64,000 bases of DNA from the NCBI GenBank assembly GCA_965287045.1, contig OZ336875.1, forward strand, positions 97,464,001 to 97,528,000, in the 5' to 3' direction. The notes under the pieces were generated by a model. That model was given only the letters and a program-made list of their open reading frames with translations, had not been told where the DNA came from and ran no database searches. Source of the stretch: Carcharhinus amblyrhynchos. Taxonomy: Eukaryota. Shown here one piece after another: positions 11,940 through 24,040 of this stretch; positions within the stretch are counted from its first letter, which is position 1, and every line of letters begins with the position of its first letter. Both the position numbers and the translations under genes were made by a program.

Positions 11940-12222
11940 GAATCATAGAATCCCTATAGTGCAGAAGGAGGATATTCGCCCCCATCAAGTCTGCACCGAC
12001 CACAATCCCACCCAACCCCTATTCCGATAACCCGGCATTACCCTGCTAATGCCCCTGACACCAGGGTCAATTTTCCATGGCCAATCAACCTATCTTTGGA
12101 GTTTGGGAGGAAACCCATACAGACACGGGGAGAATGTGCAAACTCCACACAGAAAGTGACCCGAGGCTGGAATTGAACCCGGGTCCCTGGCGCTGCGAGA
12201 CATCAATGCCACCATGCTGCCC
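11940..12222 (-). mobile_element. HE1-like V-SINE
   Basis: Reverse complement of the SINE head/core/tail (CATAGAATCCCTATAGTGCAGAAGGAGG ... GGAATTGAACCCGGGTCCCTGG). Confidence 0.9.
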
Positions 12223-12610
12223 CATGAACTCATATTCAGTGCAGGCATTGTGAAAATCATAGACGATAGCACAAAGGTGAGACCTGCATACGACGAGTCC
12301 CTGGGCAAGAGGGGGTTGCAGGCAGAGAGAGGAAAAGAATAGTACGGATTCCAGCTCCTCGGAATGACAGGTCACACATGAGATCTGATGCAGAGGACTC
12401 AGATGAGGAATTCACTGGAGTGGTACAGAGGCTGATGAGTATTGTGCACAGAGCCTGTTGCCATTGCCAGGGAACATGTTCAACTGCACCTATTTAGCAA
12501 AGGGAGATAACTAGAGCAGCAAAAGTTCAGATCAGGTTTAAATCGCTACATACTAATCGACAACACAATCTATCTTCTCTGCATGCTTCTGGTGCAATAA
12601 TGCCCATGCT

Positions 12611-12862
12611 TGTTATGTTGTATATTCAGTAGATCTCATCAAGAGATTTAAGTCTTGTATGGTTCAACATTAAGTGTTTATTGATATATGTACATGTGTA
12701 TATGTAGGATATAGGCCAGGCTATGAGCTAACTCCATGCGTGCTTCTACACAGGTCTCTGTCAGCCCACAACTGGCTCTCATCTCAAGTCGTGTGTCTCT
12801 CTACATCACACTGTGGGTGGTACTGTTTCCCAATCACACATGAAACCAGATACCCTTATACT
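12611..12862 (-). repeat. Gypsy 3' LTR
   Basis: Shares TTCAGTAGAT, AGTCTTGTATGGTT, ATGAGCTAACTCCATGC, TACATCACAC, AGATACCCT blocks with 24041-24303. Adjacent TTTCCCTTCCCC (12862-12873) reads as PPT GGGGAAGGGAAA on the minus strand. Confidence 0.8.
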
Positions 12863-12949
12863 TTCCCTTCCCCAGGTCTTTATCCAGTGTATTTACATTG
12901 CAATCATGCCATGTAACCATCCTAACCCCTTCTAAAATGTCTGACATCA

Positions 12950-14880
12950 ACTTGGACTGTCTGGAGGGTTATTGTCATTCTAAATTTAATTCCGGTCTCA
13001 TCCATAGAAATTGCTGGTTTGGGCAAACTTTGTTGATTTAGAGTTTGAGTTGTAATCTGTCTTTCTGGCATTTGGTTCTCTTCTTCTAATTTTCTTGTGT
13101 GTAGTGGAAGGTTCACCTCGAGGATAAAGAGAAGGCTCCTCCTGATTGTACCTTCCAGTATATGAATGAAAAAAGACCTTGGCTGGTTATCATCTCACCA
13201 GGCAATGGCACCCTCTCTTTCAGGGTCCCTGATGCACATCCTGTCCCCTTTGTATAAGTGTGGCAGGCATCTAGTACAGTAGCTTCTGCGGTAGATTGAA
13301 GCCTGGCTTTAATACAGGGCTGTTCTCAACCCTGAATGCTTCAGAAGTCCTTGATTGCCAACCGTGGGATTAGTTTCTTTGGCAGCTGAGTGCAAAGTTC
13401 CATGTGCATCAGGAGCTCTGATGTGGCCAATCCACATTGTAGTGGAGTGGATCTGTAAAGAAAAAGTGTCATAGGTAAGTCATTGTTATTTCTCAAAAGA
13501 GCTTTTAACGATGTGTGTTCTCTAAGAACTCACTGTTTCATTGTAGATACCATGGTGAAATGGTAAGGTGCTGAAAGCCATAACTGAAGGCAAATTGAGT
13601 GAAGCATTCATTTGCGAATTGTGGTCTGTTATTGGACACCAACCAGTCTGGGATGCCGCGTCCTTCAAGGACTTAGTGACTGTCTCTGTGGTTGCCGTGT
13701 GTGATTGCTACATCTCAAACCATCAAGATTTTCAAATGATAATATTCCCTCGCCTTGGTACAGAACTATGTGGGGATGAGAAGCTCACTGATCTCACTTG
13801 TGCAGTGCACATAATTGGCAGTTTGCAATCATTTCTTCAATGGCCTTTGATATGTCAGAGAATATTATGCTGCAGATTTGACCTGTATGCTCTGCCCTTT
13901 ATGACGCCCAGATGGCCTTGGTGAATCTTTTGGAGAATCTCAGACTGAAGAAAGATTGGAATGACCAACTGGTTCATTGTGTACCAGCAGATCATCCATC
14001 CCGGTGAAATGTTTCCAATGTTCAAACCAAATTTTCATGATGTTGTCACCTGGCCTCTCCTGTGATCACCCTTGTTGACAGTGATCACAAATGCGGGCAC
14101 ATTGCTCACCTCACATCTGCTCCTGGTGGATTTGCTGAAGTTTCCCTGTGGGAGCCAACAGTTGTGTCCTCCCCATATTGGGAGTATGACTCGAGCTCTT
14201 CAAGCAGGTTAACTTTGTGTTTCAGGAAGGTCGACTGTGCTTCTGGATAGTGTGTCTGCGGTTGTTTGATGTTTCCCTTGAATATACAGTGTCTTGTACT
14301 CAAATGTCATGACAGGTAAGTAGAATGTCTGAATTCTGGGCTGCATCTTTGTAAGCTGCTTCTCATTTAGTAGTGAGACCAATGGTTTATGATTCATTTC
14401 AATGGTGGCTTTCGAGCTGATATAGAGAACTTCCTACAAGCCCATCTAACTGTGAGAGTTTTGGTTTTGATAATGACATACCATATCTCCATACATGATA
14501 ACCCCCTAGATGCCTCATACACTGACCAGTGACATCTATCTAATTGTTCCCAAAGTAAAGCTGCCCCTAGGCCTGTAGATGATGCATTCACTGCTGGAGT
14601 AGTGAGCAGGCATGGGTGATAACGAGCCAGGATTTGGGTGAGAGCAGCATGGCTTTGATGAGTGTAAACACTTATTCCTGGTGCACACCCCAGCAGCATG
14701 TCTGTCCATCTTTGAGAAGGTGTTGCAGGGATTCTTTGACCTGCACTCCAGGTTGGATAGAAATTTCACCAACTGGTTCTGGGTTGCCCAAGCATCAGAC
14801 TCTCCCCCTCAGCCTTGCTGTTGGATTCCAAAGGATTGCAAAACCCGACATTTGGCACCAGTTTGGCTGCAAAAGCTACC
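12950..14880 (-). pseudogene. Gypsy pol remnant (RT C-term, RNase H, integrase)
   Basis: ORFs 14394-14699 (VNASSTGLGAALL..YEASRGLS..WACRKFS) and 14209-14397 (NHKPLVSLLN..PRIQ..YIQGKHQTTADTLSRS); integrase zinc-finger IHQGHLG near 13900. Confidence 0.88.
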
Positions 14881-14904
14881 AGAACACACATGCACAACAA
14901 ATTG

Positions 14905-15104
14905 GAGGTCAATTTTTACCATGGCCAGACCATCTAACCAGTGTGTCTTTGGAGTATGGGAGGAAACTGGAGCACCTGGAGGAAACCCATGCAGGCATGG
15001 GGAGAATGTACAAACTCCACACAGACAGACATCTGAGGCTGGACACGAACCCAGGTTCCTGAAGTTGTGAGGCAGCACTGCTAACCACTGCGTCACTATG
15101 CCAC
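14905..15104 (-). mobile_element. V-SINE (partial)
   Basis: Reverse complement of SINE head and core. Confidence 0.85.
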
Positions 15105-15109
15105 CTCAA

Positions 15110-15450
15110 AATGCATTACCTCCTCCTTTAAGGTCAAATTCCATTTGCCACTGTTCTGCCCATCTGACCAGCCAATCTATATCATCCTATAATCTAAGGT
15201 TTTCCTTCTTGCTATTTACCACTCCATCAATTTTCATGTTATCTATGAATTTAACTGATCATAGTCCCCACACTGACCTCCAAATCATTGATGTACACTA
15301 CAGACCGCAAGGGACCCAGCACCGATTTCTGCAGTACACCACTGGACACAGGCTTCCAGTCACAAAAACAACCTTTGACAATCACCCTCTGCCTCCTGCC
15401 ACTAAACTAGTTTTGGATCAATTTGTCAAATTTCCCTGGATCTCATGGGC
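15110..15450 (-). mobile_element. Old CR1 RT fragment
   Basis: Minus strand reads W.PVSSGV..SVLGPL...WQMEF. Confidence 0.7.
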
Positions 15451-15454
15451 TCAT

Positions 15455-15725
15455 AGTGTCCCATGTGAGACCTTGCCTGAAGCATCAAGCTTTGAAAATA
15501 TTGTGCTTTTGGAGAGCTTAGTGACCTCATCCAGTTGTTTCTGTACTTCCTTTATGAAAGGGTCTTGTATTTCCCATGCTTTGAACAGGCAGGGGGTTGG
15601 CACCCTCTTTCAGTGTAATACTGTGTGCAGTCCTCAGTCACCCCAATCCAGTGAAGAGTTTGGGAACCCATTTTAAAATTTGGAACAAGACTCTTGCTAG
15701 TTGACCTCATCAATTTTCTGAAGAG
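15455..15725 (-). pseudogene. Gypsy pol fragment (linker/RT N-terminus)
   Basis: Minus strand LLQKIDEV..KLFTGLG..ITLKEGANP..VQKQLDEV..STIFSKLDAS. Confidence 0.75.
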
Positions 15726-15963
15726 GATTTATAATGAGGACACTCGATCTGAATGCATGCAGCATTTACAATAAGGTAGATGATTTGATGGCACAAATAG
15801 AGCTCAATGGCTCTGATTAAATTGCCATAATAGAGGCATGGTTGCAGGGTGAATGACTGGGAACTGAATATTCAAAGATAGCCATCATTTAGGAAGAAGA
15901 GGTGAAAAGGAGGTGGAGTATCGCTGTTAATATGGGACAGATCAATACATTAATTAATGAGAT

Positions 15964-17332
15964 TGTCATGTCAAAGATTTGTCAAGCAGCAACAGTAGGA
16001 AGAACTTGAAAAGGCCTGAAAAGTTGAAATCTGCCTAACAACAATTACAATAATTTTAAAAGGCCTCAAAATAGAAAGATGGCCAAAGTAACAGTCAGCA
16101 TTTCCAGAGGCAGGCGAGCCTCTAAAAGTGATCAGGGCATTCCAAAGGTATGAGAGCATCGAAAGAGGAATTGCTCTCGGAGTAGAAGTAGAATGCTTAG
16201 ATGACTGCTATAGAAATGTTTAGTTTCCCAAGCAATAACAGTTTACCTAAGTGACTGGGTGATTCAGGGCTGTAGAAAAGCTAAGCTCCACAAAAGGATG
16301 GCACGGTAGCACAGTGGTTAGCACTGCTGCTTCAAGATCCAGGGACCTGGGTTCGATTCCCGGCTCGGGTCACTGTCTGTGTGGGGAGTTTGCACATTCT
16401 CCTCGTGTCTGCGAGGGTTTCCTCCTGGTGCTCCCATAGTCCAAAGATGTGCAGGTTAGGTTGATCGGCCATGCTAAAATTGCCCCTTGGTGTCCTGAGA
16501 TGCACAAGTTAGAGGGATTAGCTGGTAAATATGTAGGGTTATGGGGATAGGGATTGTGGTCAGTACAGACTCGATGGGTCAAATGGCCTCCTTCTTCACT
16601 GCAGGATTTCTATAATTCTATGAAAGAATTTGAGGTATGTAGATAGCTGAATCTTGAGTTTGAAATAACAAAAGGGGAAACAGTATAACTGTTACCCGCA
16701 TCCCACCCCCCCACCACTCTCCTCAGAAGCAGAGAGGCTAGTCCACACCTCACAGCCAAAATCCAATCTGTAACTTATAACCAGGAGGCCAGGATTCACT
16801 TCACAGCCAAGGAGTCCTGTAACATCTATTCCTTCTCAGAGATGCTGTAGAATTGCATCTAAGGCTTAGAAGCCACAGCATTGCAGGAAACCTTCATAAC
16901 GGCAGTTTAATAATCTTTGCTGGACCAGAAAAAAACATTTCCCAGACTTGATCATCAGCCCTGTATTGTGTGGTAATGATAAGCTGGACTTGACTTACAA
17001 TTTATTCAACTTGGATGTTGTCTGGGGAATGGAGGCCTTAGTAAATTCAGGGATCATAAGATATATTTTGGACAAGGGGTAATTTCTACACAAACTATGT
17101 GTTAAATTATTCATACACTAAGTGTCTTAAGCGTATTGTAATCTTTTCCGTTGTGTATTTTTCTTCTAAGTTAATAAATATTCGTTGATAAGTATTTAAA
17201 CTGATGGTTGGACTGGTTCCTGACTGGGGTTTTACATGACCCCTCACAATATTGCAACAAAACTACACACCACCACAATCTGGTGTTTCAAGTTGGGACA
17301 GACTTGTAGGTAACACCCTCATGGTTTGTGAC
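15964..17332 (+). mobile_element. Probable solo LTR containing a SINE
   Basis: TGTCA...TGTGAC termini interrupt the CR1 endonuclease sequence; AATAAA at about 17174. Confidence 0.5.
16296..16622 (+). mobile_element. HE1-like V-SINE with intact Pol III boxes
   Basis: A box TAGCACAGTGG 16307-16317, B box GGTTCGATTCC 16350-16360, CR1-type tail. Confidence 0.92.
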
Positions 17333-17716
17333 GATTAGACTGAAGAATCAAGATGTAGAGTCAATTTGGAGCTAAGAAATATGAAGGGGCAGTAAACATT
17401 GGTGGGGATCATTTATTGGCCACCAAACAGTAGTGGCAACATTGGACACTGTATAAATCGGGAAATTAGAACTACATGCGATGTGGGAAAATACAATAGT
17501 AATGGATGGCATCAATTTACATAAAGATTGGGTAACATCACTAGCACCAATGCTGTGTGTGATGAATTCCTGCAGTGTGCGTGAGATGGTTTCTGAAGTG
17601 GGACATTGAAGAACCAGCTAGAAATTGGGCTATTTTAGACTTAATGTTCTGTAATGAGAAAGGGCTGTTAGATAACCTTGCTGTAAAGGAGCCTTTAGAA
17701 AATGGTGACAAAAGCA

Positions 17717-18509
17717 GATTGCAATTTTCACACACTGAATCAATTTTTGGGAGAGCTGTGAGTTTCGCCCCAGTTTTGAGAGGGTGGGGCCTAAACATAC
17801 TGCTAAACCCAGTTTCACAGAGATCGGCACTGTTTTTACAGGCCGCACTAATCTCAAATTAAAATTGAGGACTCCCCTCCCACATCCCACAGCCCTCGGG
17901 AACACCTCCCTCTCCCCATTGAAGGGATGTTTACCCATTCCACTCCCCAACACAGATCATCGGCACTGGGGCCCTCCCAATGGGTTTCCCTCCATGGCCC
18001 TCTTCTTGACTGACTTCTTCATGAGCCCCCCCTTTCTGACTCCCCCTCATGCCACACCTTTATGACCCCTCCCCACCCACTTCATGCTCACCTTCATAAC
18101 CTCCCACTCATGCTCCAGCCCCATTGGCATTGCCCTGGTGCCCTGGCAGTGATCACCCTGGTAGTGCCAGTGTACCATCAGTCATGTCCCTGACCACTGT
18201 TGGCTTCAATGGCCTCCGAGCCCCTCCGGCCTGGCCATTATGCCTGGTCTCCGTTTGTGGAGACCAGTAGTGATTTTTGCTGGGCTTCCACTGCGCCCAA
18301 GGATCAGAAAACCTGCTCATTTGAATATGCTGATCTGGGTCCTGCTCAGTAAGGGCAGGAATCACATTATGTCCAAGAGTGGTAGGTGGGACAATAATGA
18401 TGAGGTTTGGTGCTAGTGCAGAATGTGCTAAACCACTCAATCACCCGTGATTCTTGGCCCCACTCCACTCTAACACATCAGGTGTGACGTGGCCAGAAAA
18501 TCACAGCCA
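17717..18509. mobile_element. MITE-like inverted-repeat element
   Basis: GATTGCAATTTTC ... GAAAATCACAGCC termini. Interior shares GTGCCAG and GGAGACCAGTAGTGA blocks with 3945-4912 in inverted orientation. Confidence 0.5.
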
Positions 18510-18560
18510 ATGTTACTCATAGTATTTATCTTTGTAGTTGAGCTTCACCTTCCTCTCCAG

Positions 18561-18744
18561 ATTACTCTGAACTGGCTCAACTAGAGACTACAGAAACTGC
18601 CACATCAGGACTTTCTTATCACCCATTCTCATTAGTGAGCTCATCCCCAGTTCAAACTAGCACCCCGATTGCTGTAGACCTTCCAACACAACCAATTTAT
18701 CCATCCTCTCAACATCTCAGCAGTGGAGAATCAAAAAATGTCAG
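18561..18744 (+). CDS. Candidate coding exon, Ser/Thr/Pro-rich, gene unidentified
   Basis: Strong acceptor CTTCACCTTCCTCTCCAG|, donor CAG|GTATGT, 184 nt open in one frame: YSELAQLETTETATSGLSYHPFSLVSSSPVQTSTPIAVDLPTQPIYPSSQHLSSGESKNV (phase 1 to 2). Confidence 0.4.
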
Positions 18745-19433
18745 GTATGTATAACTTCCAGATTTAATTGTTAGCTTTTACTATGCTGCTGAATTGTTTT
18801 TTTCGTAAAATCTGATATTCTTGTTGAGAAAACATAGGTTTAGGAGTAATAGGGTTTTTTCTTTAGAATTAGAACTGTAGAACTTAACCTTTATTTTAGA
18901 TATTTCCTTTTTAGCAGGTACATTATCTGTTTAGCCTCAATGTCACATATTGATCTTCAATTTTAATGTTATTCTGGACCACTAGTAAAAGATAACATTT
19001 GGCAAGCTGTAATGGGTAACTTAGTAAAATGAAAGTGCAACTAAGACAGACAGTCCCAGGAATGATCCCATAGGGTGACTATGAAATGCTAGTTGACTTT
19101 TAGTATCCTTCAGCAATAGAGAAGAAATGCCAGCTGGTTCCCCACTTTGGATACCTAGCTATCAGCAATCACTTTTACGCACAGCAGGTGAGGACTAGGT
19201 GATATTTGGTTGTGATATCTCCTATGGTAAATATAGCCTTGCCTCTAATTGCAAACATATCTGAAATATATTTGTGAGGTACCAGGTGGCCTTTATGGAT
19301 CTATACCTCCATCAATGTCAATACCTTCAAAAGAAGAGCAGAGAAATTTGGTTTTAAAAAAAAATGGCAATTTGCTGAATAAGACCCTTTCGGTCTCCTA
19401 AACACTTAGATTCATGACAGCTATAACTGTGCA

Positions 19434-21368
19434 TTGCAGGTGAAGGAAAGTGTTAAATTAAAAGTGGAGGCATTTAGAGTAGCTAAGAGTAGTGGGCGAG
19501 AAGAGGATTGGGAGAGGTTTAAAAGTCAACAAAGATTGACAAAGAAGTTGATAAAGAAAGGTAGGATAAACTATGAAGCTGGGCTAGCACTTAATATAAA
19601 AAAGGATAGCAAGAGTTTTTATAAATATATAAAAAGGAAGAGGCTGGCTAGGGTGAACGTTGGACCCTTAGAGGATGAGAGGAGGGACTTAGTGGTAGGG
19701 GATGGGGAAATGGCTGAGGCCTTGAATAACTTTTTTGTTTCGGTCTTCACGGAGGAGGACGTGAATAATTTGCCTGGTGTTAGTGATGGAAAGATGGTAG
19801 GACTGAAGGGTCTCAATGACATTATTGTTACTAGAGAGGCGGTGCTCGACAGACTGGAGGGACTGATTGTGGACAAGTCCCCAGGACCGGATGGAATGCA
19901 TCCAAGGGTTCTGAAAGAAATGGCGGAAGTGATAGTGGATGCCTTGGTGGTTATTTTCCAAACGTCGCTGGATTCCGGGGAAGTGCCGGAAGATTGGAAA
20001 ACGGCTAATGTTACGCCGTTGTTTAAGAAGGGTGCCAGGCAAAAGGCAGGGAATTATAGGCCAGTTAGTTTAACGTCTGTTGTAGGTAAAATGTTAGAAT
20101 CCGTCATCAAGGAGGAAATAGCGAGGCATCTTGAGGAGAATTGTTTGATAGAGCAGACGCAGCACGGTTTCGTTAAGGGGAAGTCATGTCTGACAAATTT
20201 ATTGGAGTTCTATGAGGATGTGTCTAGGGCGGTGGATAGAGGAGAGCCGGTGGATGTGGTCTTTCTTGATTTTCAGAAGGCGTTTGACAAGGTACCTCAC
20301 AAGAGGTTATTGCAGAAGGTAAGGGGGCATGGAGTTGGGGGTAGGGTGTTAGCATGGATAGAGGATTGGCTGTCAGATAGGAGGCAGAGAGTGGGGGTCA
20401 ATGGGTGCTATTCGGATTGGCGGTTGGTGACTAGTGGAGTGCCCCAGGGGTCGGTGCTGGGGCCTCAGCTATTTACCATTTATATAGATGATCTGGAGGA
20501 GGGAACCGAGTGTAGGGTGTCGAAATTTGCTGATGACACCAAGATTGGTGGAACGGCAAATTGCACGGAGGGTGTGGAGAGTCTGCAGAAGGATCTAGAT
20601 AGGCTGGGCGAATGGGCCAGGAACTGGCAAATGGAATTTAATGTTGGCAAGTGCGAGGTGGTCCACTTTGGTAGGAATAATGGTAGGAAGGACTATTACT
20701 TACGTGGCGAAAAACTGCAGCAGGCGACAGTGCAGAGGGACCTTGGGGTCCTTGTGCATGAGTCACAAAAACCCAGTCTGCAGGTGCAGCAGGTGGTCGG
20801 GAAGGCTAATGGGATGCTGGCCTTCATAGCGAGGGGGATTGAATATAAAAGTAGGGCGGTCTTGCTGCAGCTGTATAGGGCACTGGTGAGGCCGCAGCTG
20901 GAGCACTGTGTGCAGTTTTGGTCACCGCACTTACGCAAGGATATTTTGGCCTTGGAGGGAGTGCAGCGGAGGTTTACTAGGCTGATGCCGGAGTTGAGGG
21001 GGTTGAGCTATGAGGAGAGGCTGAATAAACTAGGCTTGTACTCGTTAGAGTTTAGAAGAATGAGGGGAGATCTCATTGAGACGTATAAGATGATGAATGG
21101 GATGGATAGGATAGAGGTGGAGAGACTCTTCCTGCTCAGGAAGGACAGTCGGACTAGGGGGCACAGCTTCAAGGTAAAGGGGGGGGGTCGGTTTAGAATG
21201 GAGTTGAGGAGGAACTTCTTCACTCAAAGGGTGGTGAATCTCTGGAATTCTCTGCCCGTTGAAGTGGTGGAGGCTGCCTCGCTAAATATTTTTAAGACGC
21301 GGGTTGATGGGTTTTTGATAAGCAAGGGCATTAAGGGTTATGGGGAGAGGGCGGGAATGTGGAACTGA
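19434..21368 (+). CDS. CR1 ORF2 reverse transcriptase (644 aa open, lacks endonuclease and native start)
   Basis: Uninterrupted tether + RT + C-terminal domain ([29 protein letters not shown]). The TTG start is an artefact of the insertion junction. Confidence 0.9.
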   Translation: MQVKESVKLKVEAFRVAKSSGREEDWERFKSQQRLTKKLIKKGRINYEAGLALNIKKDSKSFYKYIKRKRLARVNVGPLEDERRDLVVGDGEMAEALNNFFVSVFTEEDVNNLPGVSDGKMVGLKGLNDIIVTREAVLDRLEGLIVDKSPGPDGMHPRVLKEMAEVIVDALVVIFQTSLDSGEVPEDWKTANVTPLFKKGARQKAGNYRPVSLTSVVGKMLESVIKEEIARHLEENCLIEQTQHGFVKGKSCLTNLLEFYEDVSRAVDRGEPVDVVFLDFQKAFDKVPHKRLLQKVRGHGVGGRVLAWIEDWLSDRRQRVGVNGCYSDWRLVTSGVPQGSVLGPQLFTIYIDDLEEGTECRVSKFADDTKIGGTANCTEGVESLQKDLDRLGEWARNWQMEFNVGKCEVVHFGRNNGRKDYYLRGEKLQQATVQRDLGVLVHESQKPSLQVQQVVGKANGMLAFIARGIEYKSRAVLLQLYRALVRPQLEHCVQFWSPHLRKDILALEGVQRRFTRLMPELRGLSYEERLNKLGLYSLEFRRMRGDLIETYKMMNGMDRIEVERLFLLRKDSRTRGHSFKVKGGGRFRMELRRNFFTQRVVNLWNSLPVEVVEAASLNIFKTRVDGFLISKGIKGYGERAGMWN

Positions 21369-21469
21369 GCCACGACAGATCAGCCATGATCTTATTGAAT
21401 GGCGGGGCAGGCTCGAAGGGCTAGATGGTCTACTCCTGCTCCTATTTCTTATGTTCTTATGTTCTTATG
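19436..21469 (+). mobile_element. Young CR1 LINE, 5'-truncated
   Basis: Near-identical to 5460-7046; (TTCTTATG)3 tail. Confidence 0.97.
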
Positions 21470-21690
21470 AGTGCCACTTGCAATTTACCTTTTACAATGA
21501 GCTTAATGCCACTTGCTTGGAACAGCTTTGTTGTGGGTGGTATGAAGTTCTGTGTCACCAGCCATTATTTGTTGTCTGACAGGACTGTAACACTGGCTCC
21601 TGTGTCCAATTTAAAGTTAGTGAGGTGGCCGTTTACTGAGCTGTCTGCATTCCAAAAAGAGAATCCAGGATCCTTGACTTACCTGAGAAG
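21470..21690 (-). pseudogene. Gypsy aspartic protease fragment
   Basis: Minus strand NFKLDTGASVTVLSD...GIKLIVKGKLQVAL (DTGA active site). Confidence 0.85.
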
Positions 21691-21935
21691 CTGGAATTAA
21701 GAATCTACTGATGACAATGAAACCATTGTCGATTGTTGGGAAATCCATTTGGTTCACTAATGTGCTTTAGGGAAGGAAATCTGCCATACTTACCTGGTCT
21801 ACATGGCCTACATGTGACTCCAGAGCCACAGCAATGTGGTTGACTCTCAACTGCTCTCAGAAAAAGGGCAACTAGAGATGGGCAATAAATGCTGGCCAGC
21901 CAGTGGCGCCCATGTCCCACAAATAAATTAAGAAA
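21690..21935 (+). mobile_element. 5'-truncated copy of the third SINE family (type of 60511-60935)
   Basis: Shares CTGGAATTAAGAATCTACTG, GGGAAGGAAATCTGCC, GCAATGTGGTTGACTCT, GGGCAATAAATGCTGGCC blocks. Confidence 0.85.
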
Positions 21936-21939
21936 AGAG

Positions 21940-22620
21940 CATGATTGGATCTCTTCCTCGTGTGGTACTTCAAACTCCTGGATTTTCTTGGGATCCTCCA
22001 CCCTTTCTTTGCATTTCTTTCCACAGTGTCCCATGTGGGTGCAATGAAAAACTGAACTGAGATTTCCAGACATTGCTCTTGCCTATGAGGTCATTGGACT
22101 CCACAGCACTCTTGTGGTCATTTTGGAAATTGCCTTCCTTAGCCTGGGGGTCTCCCTGACCCACCAACTGGACAGTTGGGGCTGCTCTGTACCATGGCTT
22201 GCTTTTGCCACTTAAAATGGATAAATGTTATTGGCAGATTTCTCATTGTCTGAATATTTGGGTGACCTTTTCCAGAGTCAGACCTTCCTCATTCTGCAGT
22301 ATGCCTGAAAGCGGAGTGTCTGTCACTCCAGCAACAACTCTGTGACTTTTGGGTTTTGACTTAAGGTTACCATAGTCACAGCCTTCAGCCAATCTGCATA
22401 ATTTGTTTATAAAAAAGTCAACCCGTTCTCCAGGCTGTTGGACACATTTGTTGAATTTTGCTCTCTCTAAAATGATATTCCTTCTTAGATTAAAATATGT
22501 ATTGAAGGATTTTAGAAATGTAACAAATTTAGCTGAGGATTATTTTATTCCTTGCTTTGCAACGGTATCATTGATTATTGCCTAGTATTCACTTGTTCAG
22601 CTTCTGTCATTTTATCTAAT
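21940..22620 (-). pseudogene. Gypsy gag remnant
   Basis: Minus strand YFNLRRNIILERAKFNKCVQQPGERVDFFINKLCRLAEGCDYG and decayed knuckle HCTHMGHCGKKC. Confidence 0.85.
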
Positions 22621-22636
22621 CATGAAACTATCATTT

Positions 22637-22958
22637 ACAGTGGTTAGCTGCTGTTTCACAGCTCCAGGGGCCTGGGTTTGATTTCCGGCCTGAGTCACTG
22701 TCTGTGTGGAGTTTGCACATTCTCCCCGTGTTTGCGTGGGTTTCCTCCAAGTATTCCAGTTTCTTCCCACAGTCCAAAGATCTGCAAGTTAAGTGTATAG
22801 GCCATGCTAAATTGCCCCTTAGTGTTTTGGGATGTGTAGGTTAGAGGGATTAGCAGGGTAAATATGTGGGTTTATGGGGCTAGGGCCCAGGTGGGATTGT
22901 GATCGGTGCAGATTTGATGGGCCAAATGGCCTCCTTCTGCACATTGGGTTTCTATGAT
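22637..22958 (+). mobile_element. HE1-like V-SINE
   Basis: SINE head, core and CR1-type tail. Confidence 0.9.
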
Positions 22959-23312
22959 TTTACCAAAGTCCACAATTTTGTGTTTGGTGTGGCCCTTGGA
23001 TTAGTTCAAATTCATCTGGAAGTATTGATTTATTGTCTCTGGCTGCTTTAAAGTTCAGCTGAGTGCAACTTTAAATGCCACGCATGTTTTAAAAATGGTA
23101 CCACAGTAATCTTTTTTTTCAAAGCTTTTTCGTATGCTTGTCACGTTTCAGCAGGCTCCCGCAGCACTATCAGTCCTGACCTCTTTGGGGTTTAGTTTTT
23201 TTTGTAGCAATTTGTTAAATCAATGACTTAGGGCCTTTCTTGCAATATCAGAGGATTTCCAGTTGTTTTACAGTAGAATCTCAGATTTAAATTAATCTTT
23301 TAAACCTTCTGC

Positions 23313-23634
23313 GGGCAGCATAGTGGCACAGTGGTTGGCACTGTTGCCTCACAGTGCCAGGGACCCAGGTTCAATTCCCAGCTTGGGTCACTGTCTGTGT
23401 GGAGTTTGCACGTTCTCCCTGTGTCTGCGTGTATTTCCCCTGGATGCTGTGGTTTCCTCTCACAGTAGAAAGATATGCAGGTTAGGTGGATTGGCCGTAC
23501 TAAATTGCCCCTTAGCGTTAGGGGACTAGCTAGGGTAAATGCATTGGGTTATGGGGATAGGGCCTGGGTGGGATTGTAGTCAATGTAGACATGCTGGTCT
23601 GAATGGCCTCCTTCTGCACTGTAGGATTCCATGA
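23313..23634 (+). mobile_element. HE1-like V-SINE
   Basis: GGGCAGCATAGTGGCACAGTGG head, core and CR1-type tail. Confidence 0.9.
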
Positions 23635-24040
23635 TTTTTTTTCTCTCTACAATGAGCTTGACTGCCATGTGGTATGGCGCTGATTCTGAATGCAGACTGG
23701 CCACAGTGCTTTTAGAAATAGCCTGCTCTGATACATTTTAAGCCAGTCCTGACTTAACTGAAATTTTTGTTCATCCCTGCTTGGTACTTTGACACTGTAA
23801 TATGCGGGCATTCACAATGCAGCTCCATTAAATATTGTTGAGACCTCGGCTGCACAGTGGAGTTTTTTCTTCTGCCTTTCTGCTTCCAATTTTACAATGG
23901 AATTGCTTTCAGATGATATCTTTGCCTTCACTCTATGTGCTTTTATTCAGGTCAGAATGTTATTCCTGTAGTTTTCAGTATTTGAATTTCTGGTCCAGTT
24001 TTTATGAGATTTTGGGTTTTCCAATTCACTGCCATCCTTT

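Larger units (their letters stand above)
10600..12480 (+). mobile_element. Remnant of a Harbinger Myb/SANT-like ORF region, split by a CR1 and a SINE
   Basis: Acceptor TTTTCAG|GTC AAG GTG GCC AAT AAT (VKVANN) at about 10633. After the CR1: LTGGG...VQLHALSP..TVLGTIGVAITRVV (11545-11680), resembling the KxAHN..TGGG..LTPxEExVLxIIG motif of Harbinger Myb-like proteins. Confidence 0.45.
15745..17710 (+). mobile_element. CR1 ORF2 APE-endonuclease fragment split by an LTR-like insert
   Basis: LNACSIYNKVDDLMAQI..IAIIEAWL..KGGGVSLLI (15745-15960), resuming QDVESIW..TLVGIIYWPPNS..EPARNWAILDLMFCNE (17335-17710). Confidence 0.8.

Noticed and set aside
16296-16370. tRNA genes at SINE heads
   Set aside because: A/B boxes are present but each runs directly into SINE core and tail sequence; these are tRNA-derived SINEs.
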